The notes: generated by a model not told the origin, from the letters alone. A DNA stretch of 64,000 nucleotides from an uncultured Nitrospiraceae bacterium (GCA_963727775.1 CAVSHB010000002.1:239428-303427), one strand, 5' to 3'. Positions 9,876 to 20,984 are shown, counted from the first letter of the stretch. Translations and numbers: made by a program.

Positions 9876-10868
9876 ATGAAACAGATGAAATCAGACCTTA
9901 AACCTTATGAGCAAGTTAAAACCTTCTTTGTCCTTGATTCCTCCGATATGAGGAAGACCAGAGACCAACGGTCTTTTCTTGCCCTAAACTTGTCCGACAA
10001 GAGCGGCCAAATCAAGGGATACATCTGGGATGACCCCGAAGAGAAGGCGGAAGATCTGCGGGGCGTGTCATACGTATATGTAGAAGGAAAGACGAAACCG
10101 CATAACGGTACACTGATATTGTCGATCGAAGAGATAAGGTCGGCCCGCGAAGAGGAAATTGTTACAGCAGATTTTTTGGAGGTGGTTCCGGGAGGGGTGG
10201 ATCTTTGGATGAACTCCTTACATGAGAAGATCGAGACGATCGAAGATATGAATTGCCGATTGATTCTGGATTCGCTGTTTTCGGATCAAAAGTTTCTGGA
10301 AGACTTCAGAATCGCGCCGGCCGCTATGACCGTGCATCACAATTATGTGGGCGGGCTGGTTGAACATTCAGTTAACACCATGTCACATGCAGCATACATG
10401 TCTGATAAATATCCTGCGCTGCTGGACAGGGATCTGCTTCTGACAGGGTCTCTCCTGCATGACATCGGAAAAACAAGGGAGTTGACCTCCGGAATAACAA
10501 GGTCGTATACCACGGAAGGCAAACTCCTAGGACATATTTCGCTTGGGGTCATGATCCTCGATGAGAAGCTTCGTCTCATGAAAAGATTCCCGGAGGATCT
10601 CGGGCTGCTCCTGACGCATATGATCCTATCTCACCATGGAAGTCTCGAGTTTGGCAGCCCTGTCAAGCCGGCAACTCCAGAGGCTGTTGCGCTTCATCAT
10701 ATTGAAAACACGGACGCTAAAATGAACCACCTTTTCTGCCATCTGAAGGACTCCGACCCGGAAGGCGCATGGAGTTCCTATGACAAGTACCTCGCATCAG
10801 AAATCTATCAAAGAAAACCGAAGAAGGAAATTGCTGACCGGTTAAGGGAGGTGGGCGCGTATGAGTAG
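9876..10868 (+). CDS. YhaM-like OB-fold plus HD-domain phosphohydrolase (3'-5' exonuclease family)
   Basis: N-terminal OB-fold region. HD motifs VEHSVNTM...SLLHDIGK...HMILSHHG. RBS ggaaggagg. Confidence 0.6.
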   Translation: MKQMKSDLKPYEQVKTFFVLDSSDMRKTRDQRSFLALNLSDKSGQIKGYIWDDPEEKAEDLRGVSYVYVEGKTKPHNGTLILSIEEIRSAREEEIVTADFLEVVPGGVDLWMNSLHEKIETIEDMNCRLILDSLFSDQKFLEDFRIAPAAMTVHHNYVGGLVEHSVNTMSHAAYMSDKYPALLDRDLLLTGSLLHDIGKTRELTSGITRSYTTEGKLLGHISLGVMILDEKLRLMKRFPEDLGLLLTHMILSHHGSLEFGSPVKPATPEAVALHHIENTDAKMNHLFCHLKDSDPEGAWSSYDKYLASEIYQRKPKKEIADRLREVGAYE

Positions 10869-11148
10869 TCGCGGCAGAGAGCAAAGGAAGGTAACAATGC
10901 AAAAGGTAAATGCGGAAGATACGCTGGAAAATAAACCGGAAGTGATTTGGCACCTGAATATAGATCAGATCGACGAGATCAGTGGTAATGTGAGTTTTAC
11001 CATTGCTGTTCTGGATGCTATTAGTGTAATGGGTACCGCCTGTGGGAATCTTGAGATTAAAGGGCGAACATTGCTGCGTCTCGCGTCTGAAGCAGAAAAA
11101 AGAATGGAGCGCGTCAAAGAAATCATGACTGCCAGTAAAATTTACTGA
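10861..11148 (+). CDS. hypothetical protein
   Basis: ORF overlapping the previous stop; no family recognised. Confidence 0.25.
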   Translation: MSSRGREQRKVTMQKVNAEDTLENKPEVIWHLNIDQIDEISGNVSFTIAVLDAISVMGTACGNLEIKGRTLLRLASEAEKRMERVKEIMTASKIY

Positions 11149-11296
11149 AAACACGGATGCTAAACGGAGGAACTCTCAAAAGAATTATTTTCCGGGATAG
11201 GCTGACTATTCACAGGAGTGTTGGTAATAATTGGCATCTGCTTCCCTGGGATGCATGTCAGTTTATAAGTGAAAAAGGATTGATGGAGGAGAGAAC

Positions 11297-11911
11297 TTGA
11301 AAGTTGCTATTTACGGGAGAGTCAGCACTATAGACAAGGGGCAGGACCCTGAGATGCAGATGAAACCCCTTCGGGAGTATCGTTTGGCACGAGGATGGGA
11401 ACTTGAGGGGGAGTATGTTGATTATATTACCGGCGTCAAGGATCGCAGGCCCAAGCTCGACTTGCTCATGGACGCTGCAAGGAAAAGACAGATCGATGGC
11501 GTCCTTGTGTGGAAACTGGATCGCTTCGGGAGATCTCTGAAGCATCTTATTGCCACCGTTGATGAGCTTAATAGCCTGGGAGTCGGGTTTGTGTCCTACC
11601 AGGAGAACATTGACCTTACGACTCCTGTGGGCAAGCTTATGTTTCATATTATTGGTGCGATGGCCGAGTTTGAACGCGAATTAATCAGGGAAAGAGTTCG
11701 TGCAGGCATTGCAAACGCAAGAACAAAAGGAAAGCAGATCGGCAGGAGGGTACTTTCTCCGATAAACCGGCGTAAAATCATCGAGGCCTATGAGCAGAAT
11801 CCCGGTCTATCAATTCGGCAGATTGCAAAGGAGACAAAGCAAAAGCCCAGCACTGTTCACAAAACCCTATCACTTTTGAGAGCAGGAAAGATAGACAGAG
11901 AAGGGTTTTAG
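11297..11911 (+). CDS. serine recombinase (resolvase/invertase family) with C-terminal HTH
   Basis: MKVAIYGRVST...GVLVWKLDRFGRS catalytic-domain motifs; C-terminal HTH. Confidence 0.8.
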   Translation: MKVAIYGRVSTIDKGQDPEMQMKPLREYRLARGWELEGEYVDYITGVKDRRPKLDLLMDAARKRQIDGVLVWKLDRFGRSLKHLIATVDELNSLGVGFVSYQENIDLTTPVGKLMFHIIGAMAEFERELIRERVRAGIANARTKGKQIGRRVLSPINRRKIIEAYEQNPGLSIRQIAKETKQKPSTVHKTLSLLRAGKIDREGF

Positions 11912-11996
11912 TGTGAGTGTTTCTTCTGTCCACAAAAGAAATGTTTTATAGACAAAGAATAAACACTGAGTTAACTTCATAGGATAAGGAGGACAC

Positions 11997-12323
11997 ATGA
12001 GAGAACGCTATCAAAATGAAGAATATGTCACTTGGCCTGAATTTATTGTCTTAGCGGTTTTCAATACCTTGGCCATGATTCCTAACAACCTCACCGGCAT
12101 CATCATGTTTTCAATCATCGGCAGTATAGGCGGTTGGCTTTTAGGGCTATCACCCGTAGGAACGTGGATTGCAGGCGGACTTAAATTGATTCACGTGGAG
12201 GCGCAGGCAGTCGATATCTACAAGCTTGGTGCGCTGCTTGGCTTCACAAAAGGATTTTTGCTGAGAGAGCCTGGCACAAATGTGAAGCGGTATACGGTGG
12301 CAGGAACCAGAAAGCTGTGGTAA
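11997..12323 (+). CDS. hypothetical membrane protein
   Basis: Multiple hydrophobic helices. Confidence 0.35.
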   Translation: MRERYQNEEYVTWPEFIVLAVFNTLAMIPNNLTGIIMFSIIGSIGGWLLGLSPVGTWIAGGLKLIHVEAQAVDIYKLGALLGFTKGFLLREPGTNVKRYTVAGTRKLW

Positions 12324-12623
12324 AAAGGTTATAGTGGATAATTTGTGAATCGGCATGCACCTGGTCGCCTTGAATTTTGAAGCCGTCGCTCAATATCCAG
12401 TGACTTCAAAACCCATCTGGTATGCCTCTTATGCCGTTCATTGGATCGAACGGCCATTTGTTAAATCTCTCAACCATTTTCTCATATGCCCCGGTCTTAT
12501 TTCCGGAAATAAAGATTTTTTGGCGAGATAAACCATCCCACCCGCACTTTACAAAAAATACTATATTGACTGGTTTGTTTAAATTTAATATCATATAGCT
12601 AAAATAGCCATATTAGCTGAGAG

Positions 12624-12896
12624 GTGATTATAGTGAAAGAAGCAGCAGCAACAGAAGCGAAAAACAGATTTGGGCATCTGATAGAAATGGCGATGACTGA
12701 ACCAGTAGCCATCGAAAAAAAAGGCAGACCTGTCGCAGTGCTTATGTCAGTTGCCGAATATCAAAGACTAACTGAGCTTGAAGACCGCTATTGGGGTGAA
12801 AGAGCCGCGAAGTCCCTGAAAGGTGGGTTCTTGACCCAAAAAGAAACAACTAAGTGGTTAAAAGGAAAGCTTAGTGCTGAAACTGCAGATAAGTAG
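12624..12896 (+). CDS. Phd/YefM-family antitoxin
   Basis: EAKNRFGHLIEMAMTEPVAIEKKGRPVAVLMSVAEYQRL is the Phd/YefM fold signature. Likely GTG start. Overlaps the toxin gene. Confidence 0.6.
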   Translation: MIIVKEAAATEAKNRFGHLIEMAMTEPVAIEKKGRPVAVLMSVAEYQRLTELEDRYWGERAAKSLKGGFLTQKETTKWLKGKLSAETADK

Positions 12897-13137
12897 GGAG
12901 GCACACAAGTTTCTCGATAACCTGCCCGCGAAGCAATTTCGTCAGATCGTCCACAAAATCTTTGATCTTCTCGATGACCCTCGGCCCCATGATTCAAAGG
13001 AATTGCGAGGCTATCCTTTCCTGAGGAACGACGTTGGAGAATACCGGATAGTCTATGACATCCAAGTAGATACGTTAAGACTCATTCTTGTCGGTAAACG
13101 CAACGATGCCGAAGTATACAAGAAGTTAAAAGGATAA
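12874..13137 (+). CDS. RelE/ParE-family toxin
   Basis: EYRIVYDIQVDTLRLILVGKRND motif; overlaps the upstream antitoxin. Confidence 0.65.
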   Translation: MLKLQISREAHKFLDNLPAKQFRQIVHKIFDLLDDPRPHDSKELRGYPFLRNDVGEYRIVYDIQVDTLRLILVGKRNDAEVYKKLKG

Positions 13138-13681
13138 AGCAGATAAGGAAGATTTAATCCTTTATTGAGATTTGATGAGTACCGTTCCTACTCAACACTT
13201 TCGGAAAATGAGAGCGGATGTTCATTTCTCCCTCTAATTACGTCTCACACGTCATAGTTCCGTCTGAGTTGAAGAGTTCATCCCGAAATGATTGATCCGC
13301 CGCTGACGCATACATCTCGTATTAAACAGCCTTGAGATTTTCCGAAGGGGATACTTTCAAAGCGAAATAGATGACTGTTTCTTGGATTGCCAGTATTTGT
13401 TTGTATTGAAAACAAGCGGGCTGCTGCATAAATCTATCGACAATATATTTTTCAATGCTACATCTGAAGGGTATCGAATATCGACTGCACTTGAAATTAT
13501 TGAATCCGAGGGATTGAATTAATCGGAGAACTCCTTCATCAAGTGTGCAAATTAAAAAACTGTCATGGACAACATATTTCTTTTGCAAATATATATTTTG
13601 AAGATAGGATACTTTTGATGATTTCTGATTGAACTGATCGTCGATTCCTGATTAGGCATATCTTCAATAAGGGTGGGGCTC

Positions 13682-16645
13682 TTATTCCTTCTTAAAAAAC
13701 ATTTCAATTTCCACTGCTGGCAGAGGTTTGCTCAAGTAGAAACCCTGTCCCATATCGCACCTTAAAAGGCGCAGAAAATTCCATTGCTCCTCTGTCTCTA
13801 TCCCCTCTGCAATTGTTTTTAAATTCAGGGTATGTGCCATGTTGATAATAGCCATGACGATTGAGGCAGAATCAGGATCTCGTACCACTTCCCTTATAAA
13901 GGATATATCAATCTTCAGGTTATCAACCGGAAACCTCTTCAGATATGCCAAAGATGAATACCCTGTCCCAAAATCATCAATAGATACTGAACACCCTATC
14001 TCTTTCATTGCCGTAAGCACCGATCTGGTAAATTCTATGTCCTGCATAAATGCGCTTTCTGTTATCTCCAGGGTAAGGTGTGATGGATAAAACCCAAATT
14101 CTCCCATTATCCTTTTTACCATTTCTGCCAAATTCTTTTGCCTAAACTGAACTAATGACATATTCACAGAGACGGGAACTACCGGATATCCATTGTTCTG
14201 CCATTCCTTGACCTGTCTCAGGGCTTCCCTTAATATCCATTCCCCCACCTCTATAATCATTCCCGTGTCCTCAAGCACAGGAATAAACTTCCCCGGGGGC
14301 ACTAATCCCTTGTCCTTGCTTTGCCATCTGATAAGGGCCTCCATGCCGACCATCTTTTTTGTATTGATATCCCAGTAAGGCTGATAGTGGAGGATAAATT
14401 CCTTTTTAGTAATAGCCTTGTGAAGACCTTTTTCCATCAAAATGAGTTCCGATGCTTTAATATTTAAGTCTTCAGTGAAAAACTGGTAGGGTTTCATCCT
14501 CTCTTTCTTAGCTGTCCCAAGCGCCAATCCTGCAGCCTTCAGCAGTTCAGAAGCGCTCTTTCCGTCATTAGGATATAGTGAGACGCCGGTGCTGAAGGTC
14601 AGTACCAACTCATCTCTATCGACCTTTAAAGGGTAAGATATATCCTTTATGATCTTCTCTAAAACCATAACAATATCATCGGCATGGGCAACATCGAGAA
14701 GCGCTATCCCGAATTCATCGTTTGAAAGACGGGCGATGGTATCTCCTTTTCGGACAGAGGTTGAAAGTCTTCCTGCGATCTCCTTTAAAACTCTGTCCCC
14801 GATCTCAGATCCATAGGTATCGTTTATGGACTTAAACCTGTCGATATTAGTGATTAAAACTGCGACAATCCTTGAAGTATATTCAGCTCGTGCTATGGCC
14901 TGGTTGACCCTGTCAAAAAAGAGGTTTCTGTTTGGAAGGTCTGTCAAAGAATCATAATACGCAAGATACTGGAGTTTTTCTGCCATTTTCTTGCGTTCGG
15001 TAATGTCTCTGAAATTTACAACAGCTCCAATAATTTTGCCTTCATCCATAATAGGATTACTTGAGTATGCAACAGAAAAGTTTGTGCCATCCTTTCTCCA
15101 GAAAACTTCGTCCCTTACGTTATGATTAACAGAGCCGTCTTTCAAAGTCGCATAGATAGGACACTTGTCTTCAGGATATGTGCTTCCATCGTCTATCGAA
15201 TGATGCCAGATTGCGTGACTGTGTTTCCCTATCAACTCTTTAGATTCATATCCGAGCATGCCAGCAGCTGATGGATTTATAAATGTGTGGTTTCCCTGAA
15301 AATCCAACCCAATGATTCCTTCTCCTGTAGAGTTCAGGATCAATTCGTTGTGATGACGGAGATTTTGCATCATTTCCTCTGCTTGCTTTCGCTCGGTGAT
15401 GTCCCTGCCAATACCACAAATTGCTACAGGTTTGCCTTCGAGGTTTTTGAGCAACGTACCGGAGAACTCATATGGAATGTTTCTCCCGTCCTTGGTCAAA
15501 ACTCTTGCCTCAAGACCGGCATAACCATTCCTAACCGCCATCTCAATAGCCTCCAATACTCGCCGGACATCTTCCTTTAAAAAGAAATCTACTGGCTGCA
15601 TAGAAGATATATCGGCATCACTGTATCCTAAAACTGTATTTAATTTTTTATTCCACCTCAGAAACTTACCGTTAAAATCAAAAATGAAGAAGACGTCGGA
15701 TAGAGAATTCAATGCGTTTTCTGTAAAGGTTTTCTCACTTCGAAGGTCCTCTTCTGCCCGCTTTCGCTCAGTGATGTCGCGGAAGTACCAGACTCTGCCA
15801 TAGTACCTCCCGTCAACCCCAAACATCGGAGCAGAGTAACGGTCAAAGATCCTACCGTCACGTAGAGAAATCTCATCCCGGCTGGTCTCCTGCCGGTGTT
15901 CATATAGGTAACGGACTTTCTGCAAAAAATTGTCGGGATCAACAATATTATCCAACACCGACTGCAATGTACGCTCGTCGGATCTCGTTTCCAGTATCTC
16001 AGAAGGAATGTTCCACAGCTCACGGAATCGCCGATTGAACGAAAGTATCCTGCCGCTTTCATCAACCACGAGGATTCCATCAATAGAAGCTTCCTGCTGT
16101 GTAGACAGGATAACGTTTCGAAATGTTAACTCCTCCTCAGCCCTTCGGATCGCATCACGTTCTTTTTCAAGTTCCCGCACCTTTTTGTCCAGTTTCCGGG
16201 CGTAGACTTCCATCTGCATCCTGTCAAGTTCCGTCATCTCCGCAGGAAGTTGGTCCGGCACGGGAAGATGCCCGGCCCGCTGCTCTTTAATTACTTTTCT
16301 GATGGCACGGAAAAATTTCTCCGGTTCCATCGGCTTTATAAGAAAAAGCGACGCCCCGATCGCGATCGCCAGCTTTTCATCTTTCTGATCAATATAGGTG
16401 GCAGTATAAAAAACAAAGGGGATGGTTCGAAACCGCTCATCTGTCTTTACCCTGCGGCACAGCTCAAAACCATCCATTTTCGGCATCATGATGTCCGAAA
16501 TAATCAGATCAGGAGGCGATAGAGAAGCTTTTTCCAGCGCCTGTAGACCATTGGCAGCGCTCTCAACGGTATATCCCTGGCTCAGGAGTGCGCGCTCAAG
16601 AAAAACCCTTGAATTGGCATCGTCCTCTACGATCAATACCTTCAT
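13682..16645 (-). CDS. response regulator receiver - PAS x3-4 - GGDEF (degenerate SNDEF) - EAL phosphodiesterase
   Basis: Receiver domain (DDANSR...DLIISDIMMPKMDG). Multiple PAS blocks. GGDEF site reads RLSNDEFGI. EAL motif GMEALIRWQ. Confidence 0.85.
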   Translation of the reverse strand: MKVLIVEDDANSRVFLERALLSQGYTVESAANGLQALEKASLSPPDLIISDIMMPKMDGFELCRRVKTDERFRTIPFVFYTATYIDQKDEKLAIAIGASLFLIKPMEPEKFFRAIRKVIKEQRAGHLPVPDQLPAEMTELDRMQMEVYARKLDKKVRELEKERDAIRRAEEELTFRNVILSTQQEASIDGILVVDESGRILSFNRRFRELWNIPSEILETRSDERTLQSVLDNIVDPDNFLQKVRYLYEHRQETSRDEISLRDGRIFDRYSAPMFGVDGRYYGRVWYFRDITERKRAEEDLRSEKTFTENALNSLSDVFFIFDFNGKFLRWNKKLNTVLGYSDADISSMQPVDFFLKEDVRRVLEAIEMAVRNGYAGLEARVLTKDGRNIPYEFSGTLLKNLEGKPVAICGIGRDITERKQAEEMMQNLRHHNELILNSTGEGIIGLDFQGNHTFINPSAAGMLGYESKELIGKHSHAIWHHSIDDGSTYPEDKCPIYATLKDGSVNHNVRDEVFWRKDGTNFSVAYSSNPIMDEGKIIGAVVNFRDITERKKMAEKLQYLAYYDSLTDLPNRNLFFDRVNQAIARAEYTSRIVAVLITNIDRFKSINDTYGSEIGDRVLKEIAGRLSTSVRKGDTIARLSNDEFGIALLDVAHADDIVMVLEKIIKDISYPLKVDRDELVLTFSTGVSLYPNDGKSASELLKAAGLALGTAKKERMKPYQFFTEDLNIKASELILMEKGLHKAITKKEFILHYQPYWDINTKKMVGMEALIRWQSKDKGLVPPGKFIPVLEDTGMIIEVGEWILREALRQVKEWQNNGYPVVPVSVNMSLVQFRQKNLAEMVKRIMGEFGFYPSHLTLEITESAFMQDIEFTRSVLTAMKEIGCSVSIDDFGTGYSSLAYLKRFPVDNLKIDISFIREVVRDPDSASIVMAIINMAHTLNLKTIAEGIETEEQWNFLRLLRCDMGQGFYLSKPLPAVEIEMFFKKE

Positions 16646-17013
16646 GCTGTTTCACCGGTCAGTTGCCTGATCTGGGATATGACACGTTCCGGGTCGATGG
16701 GTTTCTCGATATAACCGTCACACCCTGCGGACAAAAGCTTTTCCCGGTCACCTGACATCGCATATGAGGTCATGGCGATTACCGGAATGCTGTTGCCTAT
16801 TTCTGAACTCCGGATTTTACGCAGCACCTCCGTGCCTTCAATATCCGGCAGTTGGATATCGAGGATGATGAAATCAGGCCTTTTTTGCAGGGCCATTTCG
16901 AATCCCTCCATACCGGTTACGGCCTGAAGTGTCCGGTAACCAAACTTCTCCAGAAATCTGGTAATCAATACCATATTGTCAGGGTTATCTTCAATGATCA
17001 GAGCTGTTTTCAT
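16642..17013 (-). CDS. single-domain CheY-like response regulator
   Basis: LIIEDNPDN...DFIILDIQLPDIEG...KLLSAGCDGYIEKP. Stop/start overlap with both neighbours. Confidence 0.85.
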   Translation of the reverse strand: MKTALIIEDNPDNMVLITRFLEKFGYRTLQAVTGMEGFEMALQKRPDFIILDIQLPDIEGTEVLRKIRSSEIGNSIPVIAMTSYAMSGDREKLLSAGCDGYIEKPIDPERVISQIRQLTGETA

Positions 17014-19181
17014 CGGATATCTCCTATTTTATTTATGTCAGAAGTCTGACTTAAGTCCCTGGGAACTCTTAAAGTAAACGCACTCCCATGCCCTTCCATG
17101 CTCTGAACCGAGACACTCCCTTGAAGAATATCAGTAGCAAGTTTTTTGGTAAGATATAGCCCCAGACCTGTACCACCGGCTTTCACGCGTAAATGTGTAT
17201 CCAGCCGCTCAAATGCCTCGAAAAGCTTCGGCATATCTTTTTCTGCAATTCCTATTCCCGTGTCAATAACAGAAATTTCCACATCAGCGTTCAGTTCACG
17301 AGCTGTAATAGTAATTCCGCCTTTTTCCGTAAACTTTACTCCGTTACTCAAAAAGTTAATGAGGCACTGCAGCAGCCTCTTCCTGTCTGTATTCAGCTTC
17401 ACGTCCGCAGGTATGTCGACTGCCATAGTCAACCGTTTTTCCTTTAACTGTGGCTCTATGGTAGATAGTGCCTCATCAATAATATTTTTGAGTGAAACTT
17501 CCTCCGGAAATAAATCGAGTCTCCCGGCTTCAATTTTTGAAATGTCAATAACATCGGTGATTAAGGCAAGAAGATGTTTGGCTGACTGGTAGACCCTTGC
17601 AAGATTGTCCTTCTGCTCGTCGTTAAGTTCTCCGGATAATCCCTGCAGGGTCATGCCGGTGAACCCTATGATGGAGTTCAACGGTGTGCGAAGCTCATGG
17701 GACATTGAGGCAATGAACATTGATTTGAGCCGGTCCAGTTCCTTTAACCTTTCATTAGCCGTTTCGAGTTGCTTCTTGGCCTCATTCACATCCTCCAGCA
17801 GTAACTGGAGGGCCTTCTGCGATCGCTCCAGTTCAATTGTCTTTGCCTCAAGGTCAGCCGTGCGTTCATTCACAAGCTCTTCAAGATGAAGCCGGTACTT
17901 TTCCAACTCCGCCTCAGTCTGTTTCCGTTCTGTGATATCGGAACCAACGCTGAGGATTTCCAGTACCTTTCCCTCATTATCCTTTACTACTTTGTTAGTC
18001 CAGGAAATCCAGACTCTATCACCGTTACGTCGCATGTTTTCATTGATGTTTTTCTCAAAGTCTTCAGGGTGGGCACAAATTTCATCCATGAGAGGGCTCA
18101 GATCCCTGCCCGTGGTTTCTGATTCAGGAACAATAGTGCCGACTACATGACGGCCGAGAATTTCAGCTTCCGAGTAGCCGAAAAATTTCTGTCCAAATTC
18201 ATTCAAGAAGGTGACTTCTCCCTCCCGGTTCCAACGAAGAATTATACTGTTGGCGTTCTGAACAAGCTCCCGATACTTCCGTTCGCTTTCCTGAAGCTTT
18301 TTCCCTGCCTGCTTACGGTCGGTGATATCTATAATGGAGGCAATACTCTTTTTTGTGCCCGGAATCATGGCAATGGTCAGGGATATTTGCTTGATATTGC
18401 CATACTTATCGATCAGCCTTAACTCATAATTCCCAGGAGCAGCTTCGGGATCGTTTCTCCTCAAGCTGTGAAAGTATTGCATCTTCCCGACATCCTCTTC
18501 CATAACGAATTCTGTCCACTTCATTTTTCCTTCAATTTCTTTTCGTGAATAACCGGATATCTTCTCTGCTTCTGCATTTGCCAGTGATATGGCGGTGTCC
18601 TCTTCGATTATGATCATGGCTGTCCCGGTATTTTCAAACACAGCCCTGTACTTTATTTCTGATTCGAGCAGATTGTTCTCAACCTTTTTGTGCTTTGTGA
18701 TATCTTCATACATCACAACAATGCCCTTTTCCAACATCCCTTTACCGATCACTGATGCGCTTATCCTGCACAGTATTTCCTCACCATCCTTGCGCCTGCA
18801 GGGAAAATCCTCAGTATGGGTTCTCTGCTTCTCAAGCAATGGATAGAAGTGCCTGCCGATCTCCTCATAGTCTTTCTCGCTCCGATATAATAGCTGTGTT
18901 TTTTGCCCGATTATTTCATCGGGTTTCCAGCCGAACACTCTTTCAACCGCTTCATTTGCAAAGAATATTGTACGATCTTTTAAACCGACAATTGCGTGAG
19001 GAATCGCACTGAGTATCGAGGACTGTAATTCTTGCAGTTGTTTGAGAGATGTCTTGAAAGAACGCGTATCTGTTGATGATTTGATAGGAACACTTTCATT
19101 GATAGAAAAAAGTTTTGTTTTGGGATACTCTTCTATAATTGACTTCTGACTTTTATTTGCTGTCTTTTGTCTTTTAATCAT
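17010..19181 (-). CDS. PAS-containing sensor histidine kinase
   Basis: Several PAS domains. HisKA H-box ASMSHELRTPLNSIIGF. HATPase_c G-boxes. Confidence 0.85.
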   Translation of the reverse strand: MIKRQKTANKSQKSIIEEYPKTKLFSINESVPIKSSTDTRSFKTSLKQLQELQSSILSAIPHAIVGLKDRTIFFANEAVERVFGWKPDEIIGQKTQLLYRSEKDYEEIGRHFYPLLEKQRTHTEDFPCRRKDGEEILCRISASVIGKGMLEKGIVVMYEDITKHKKVENNLLESEIKYRAVFENTGTAMIIIEEDTAISLANAEAEKISGYSRKEIEGKMKWTEFVMEEDVGKMQYFHSLRRNDPEAAPGNYELRLIDKYGNIKQISLTIAMIPGTKKSIASIIDITDRKQAGKKLQESERKYRELVQNANSIILRWNREGEVTFLNEFGQKFFGYSEAEILGRHVVGTIVPESETTGRDLSPLMDEICAHPEDFEKNINENMRRNGDRVWISWTNKVVKDNEGKVLEILSVGSDITERKQTEAELEKYRLHLEELVNERTADLEAKTIELERSQKALQLLLEDVNEAKKQLETANERLKELDRLKSMFIASMSHELRTPLNSIIGFTGMTLQGLSGELNDEQKDNLARVYQSAKHLLALITDVIDISKIEAGRLDLFPEEVSLKNIIDEALSTIEPQLKEKRLTMAVDIPADVKLNTDRKRLLQCLINFLSNGVKFTEKGGITITARELNADVEISVIDTGIGIAEKDMPKLFEAFERLDTHLRVKAGGTGLGLYLTKKLATDILQGSVSVQSMEGHGSAFTLRVPRDLSQTSDINKIGDIR

Positions 19182-19772
19182 TTAGAATGAACTGCTTTTT
19201 GACTTAATTTGGTCTTTCATCTAACGTTCCTGAATAAATTCACATGAGGTTGTTGAAAATAAACTTTCTACAAGGCGAGATGTATGAAAACTTTTGTGCT
19301 GAAGCCATTATTGCCTCCATTTACAGCTGCAGAAGCATAGACCTGATTTTGATTATACCAGCTATAAAAAATATTGCAACATCATGCATGTAATGTTCTC
19401 AGAATGGGATACAGCGCAAGTACATTATACAATCAGATTATCCCCTTTATGGCGTATTATCGGACACCTCCCATTGTTGCCTTTTCGTGCTTTACCCATT
19501 CCCAAATTATTTTTTTAAAGTTCTGCAATAACGATCCATATTGATTCCAGGGTCTGCACAATATTCCGGGATGTTTAAAAATGAGAATTGTTGTTTGAAA
19601 TGCTCGTCATTTGCCTTACCCTGAAACGCGACGTTGATTCGGAAATCTTTATATATCTATGACGACCAAATGTACACAGTACTATGTGCTATACGTAACA
19701 AAATTGATTGATTCTTAGGACCACCAAGGGTCATGATCAAGCCTGCTTTTTCAAAAAGGAAGAGGAGGATCA

Positions 19773-20455
19773 ATGACCCAGGCAAGACCGATTGTCAGCA
19801 GACCACACAGCAGTGAAATCGAAGTAATAAGTTATCAGGATGTAGCAAGCTCTTATATTGATCGTATTCTTCAGAAGATTTCTGCAATGGAGTTTCCCGG
19901 CAAAGAGGCCTGCGAGAGCTACATGCGCCACAAGTGGAGAATGAATCACAAGCCAAGCACTCTTGAGAGCAGTCTCCACGCTGTGAGTTCCTTTCTCACT
20001 TTCTATGCCAGCATAGGGAAGAGCCAACTTCAAGATGTAGTCAGTGACGATCTTGAGAGATTTGTCGAACACGAACAGGATCGAGGGCTGAAGGTCACGA
20101 CGGTAAGGACAAGGCTTCATTGCCTCTTTGCTTTCCTGCGGTTTCTGATCGATCAGGATATCGTTGGCGAACGTATACTCAAACGTAAGATCAAACTCAA
20201 AGTGCCTGATTTCCTGCCAAGAGCTATTGCACCGGGCGATGTAAGAAAGTTTCTTGGTGCTATTAAAGAGATACGTGACCGTGCCCTGATACTCGTGCTC
20301 TTACGAACAGGCATGAGAATCGGCGAAGTTCTTCGCCTGAATGTAAGAGACTTGGATGTTAGGGAAAGAAAGATACACATTTATGAGGGGGAAAAGAACT
20401 GCCTTGGACGAGTGGTCTATCTCAGCGACGATGCTTTAATGGCCTTAAGGTGTGG
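19773..20455 (+). pseudogene. tyrosine recombinase (XerC/XerD-like integrase) int1, N-terminal part, interrupted by IS21-like element
   Basis: Catalytic box I RTGMRIGE...VVYLSDDALMALR. Frame is cut at the IS21 left TIR (20451). Confidence 0.65.
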
Positions 20456-20615
20456 GCGGCGGAGTAAAAGAACTGGTAACGGAGGAACCGAAAGCGTCGC
20501 TGATGGAGCCAGCCTGAAGATTGCAGTTAGAATTAATGAGTAGACTGAAGAACCCACCTTAGAGACCCACCTTTACATACAATGATACCTACAACAAAGT
20601 AGTTGGAGGTAATCA

Positions 20616-20984
20616 TTGGTAAAGAGATGCATGCACTGTGGGCGGTATTTCACGCCTGATAAACGGATCGGAGCGAGGCAGAAAGTCTGTCAGCGAAAGC
20701 AATGCAAGCGGGCAAGAAAGAACCAGTCCCAGCAGCGGTGGCGCCAAAATAATCCTGAGTATTTCAATAACCTGTATCTCGACTATGTCAAACCCTGGCG
20801 GCAGCGACGCAAAGAGCTACATGTGTCTCCCTTGCCGCGACAAATGATAAAAGACGAGATACCCCCTTCAAAGCCTTTACAGGAACTGGTTTTGCTGATA
20901 CCGGGTGGCATTAAAGGGATGATAAAAGACGAGATACGACTGCGAAGGCTTGATAGTCATACGTTTGCGGCCTATGGGCCATGA
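20616..20984 (+). CDS. questionable ORF inside IS21 left end (CxxC..CxxxxC zinc-ribbon-like, spans terminal repeats)
   Basis: ORF overlaps the three 19-bp direct repeats, so it is likely non-coding. The N-terminus looks protein-like. Confidence 0.2.
   Translation: MVKRCMHCGRYFTPDKRIGARQKVCQRKQCKRARKNQSQQRWRQNNPEYFNNLYLDYVKPWRQRRKELHVSPLPRQMIKDEIPPSKPLQELVLLIPGGIKGMIKDEIRLRRLDSHTFAAYGP

Noticed and set aside
13175-13215. Possible degenerate 17th copy of the 65-bp repeat outside the array (TTCCTACTCAACACTTTCGGAAAATG)
   Set aside because: Only about 15 nt resemble the repeat core, and the TATAAT and CAGGAAGG blocks are absent. Too weak to call.
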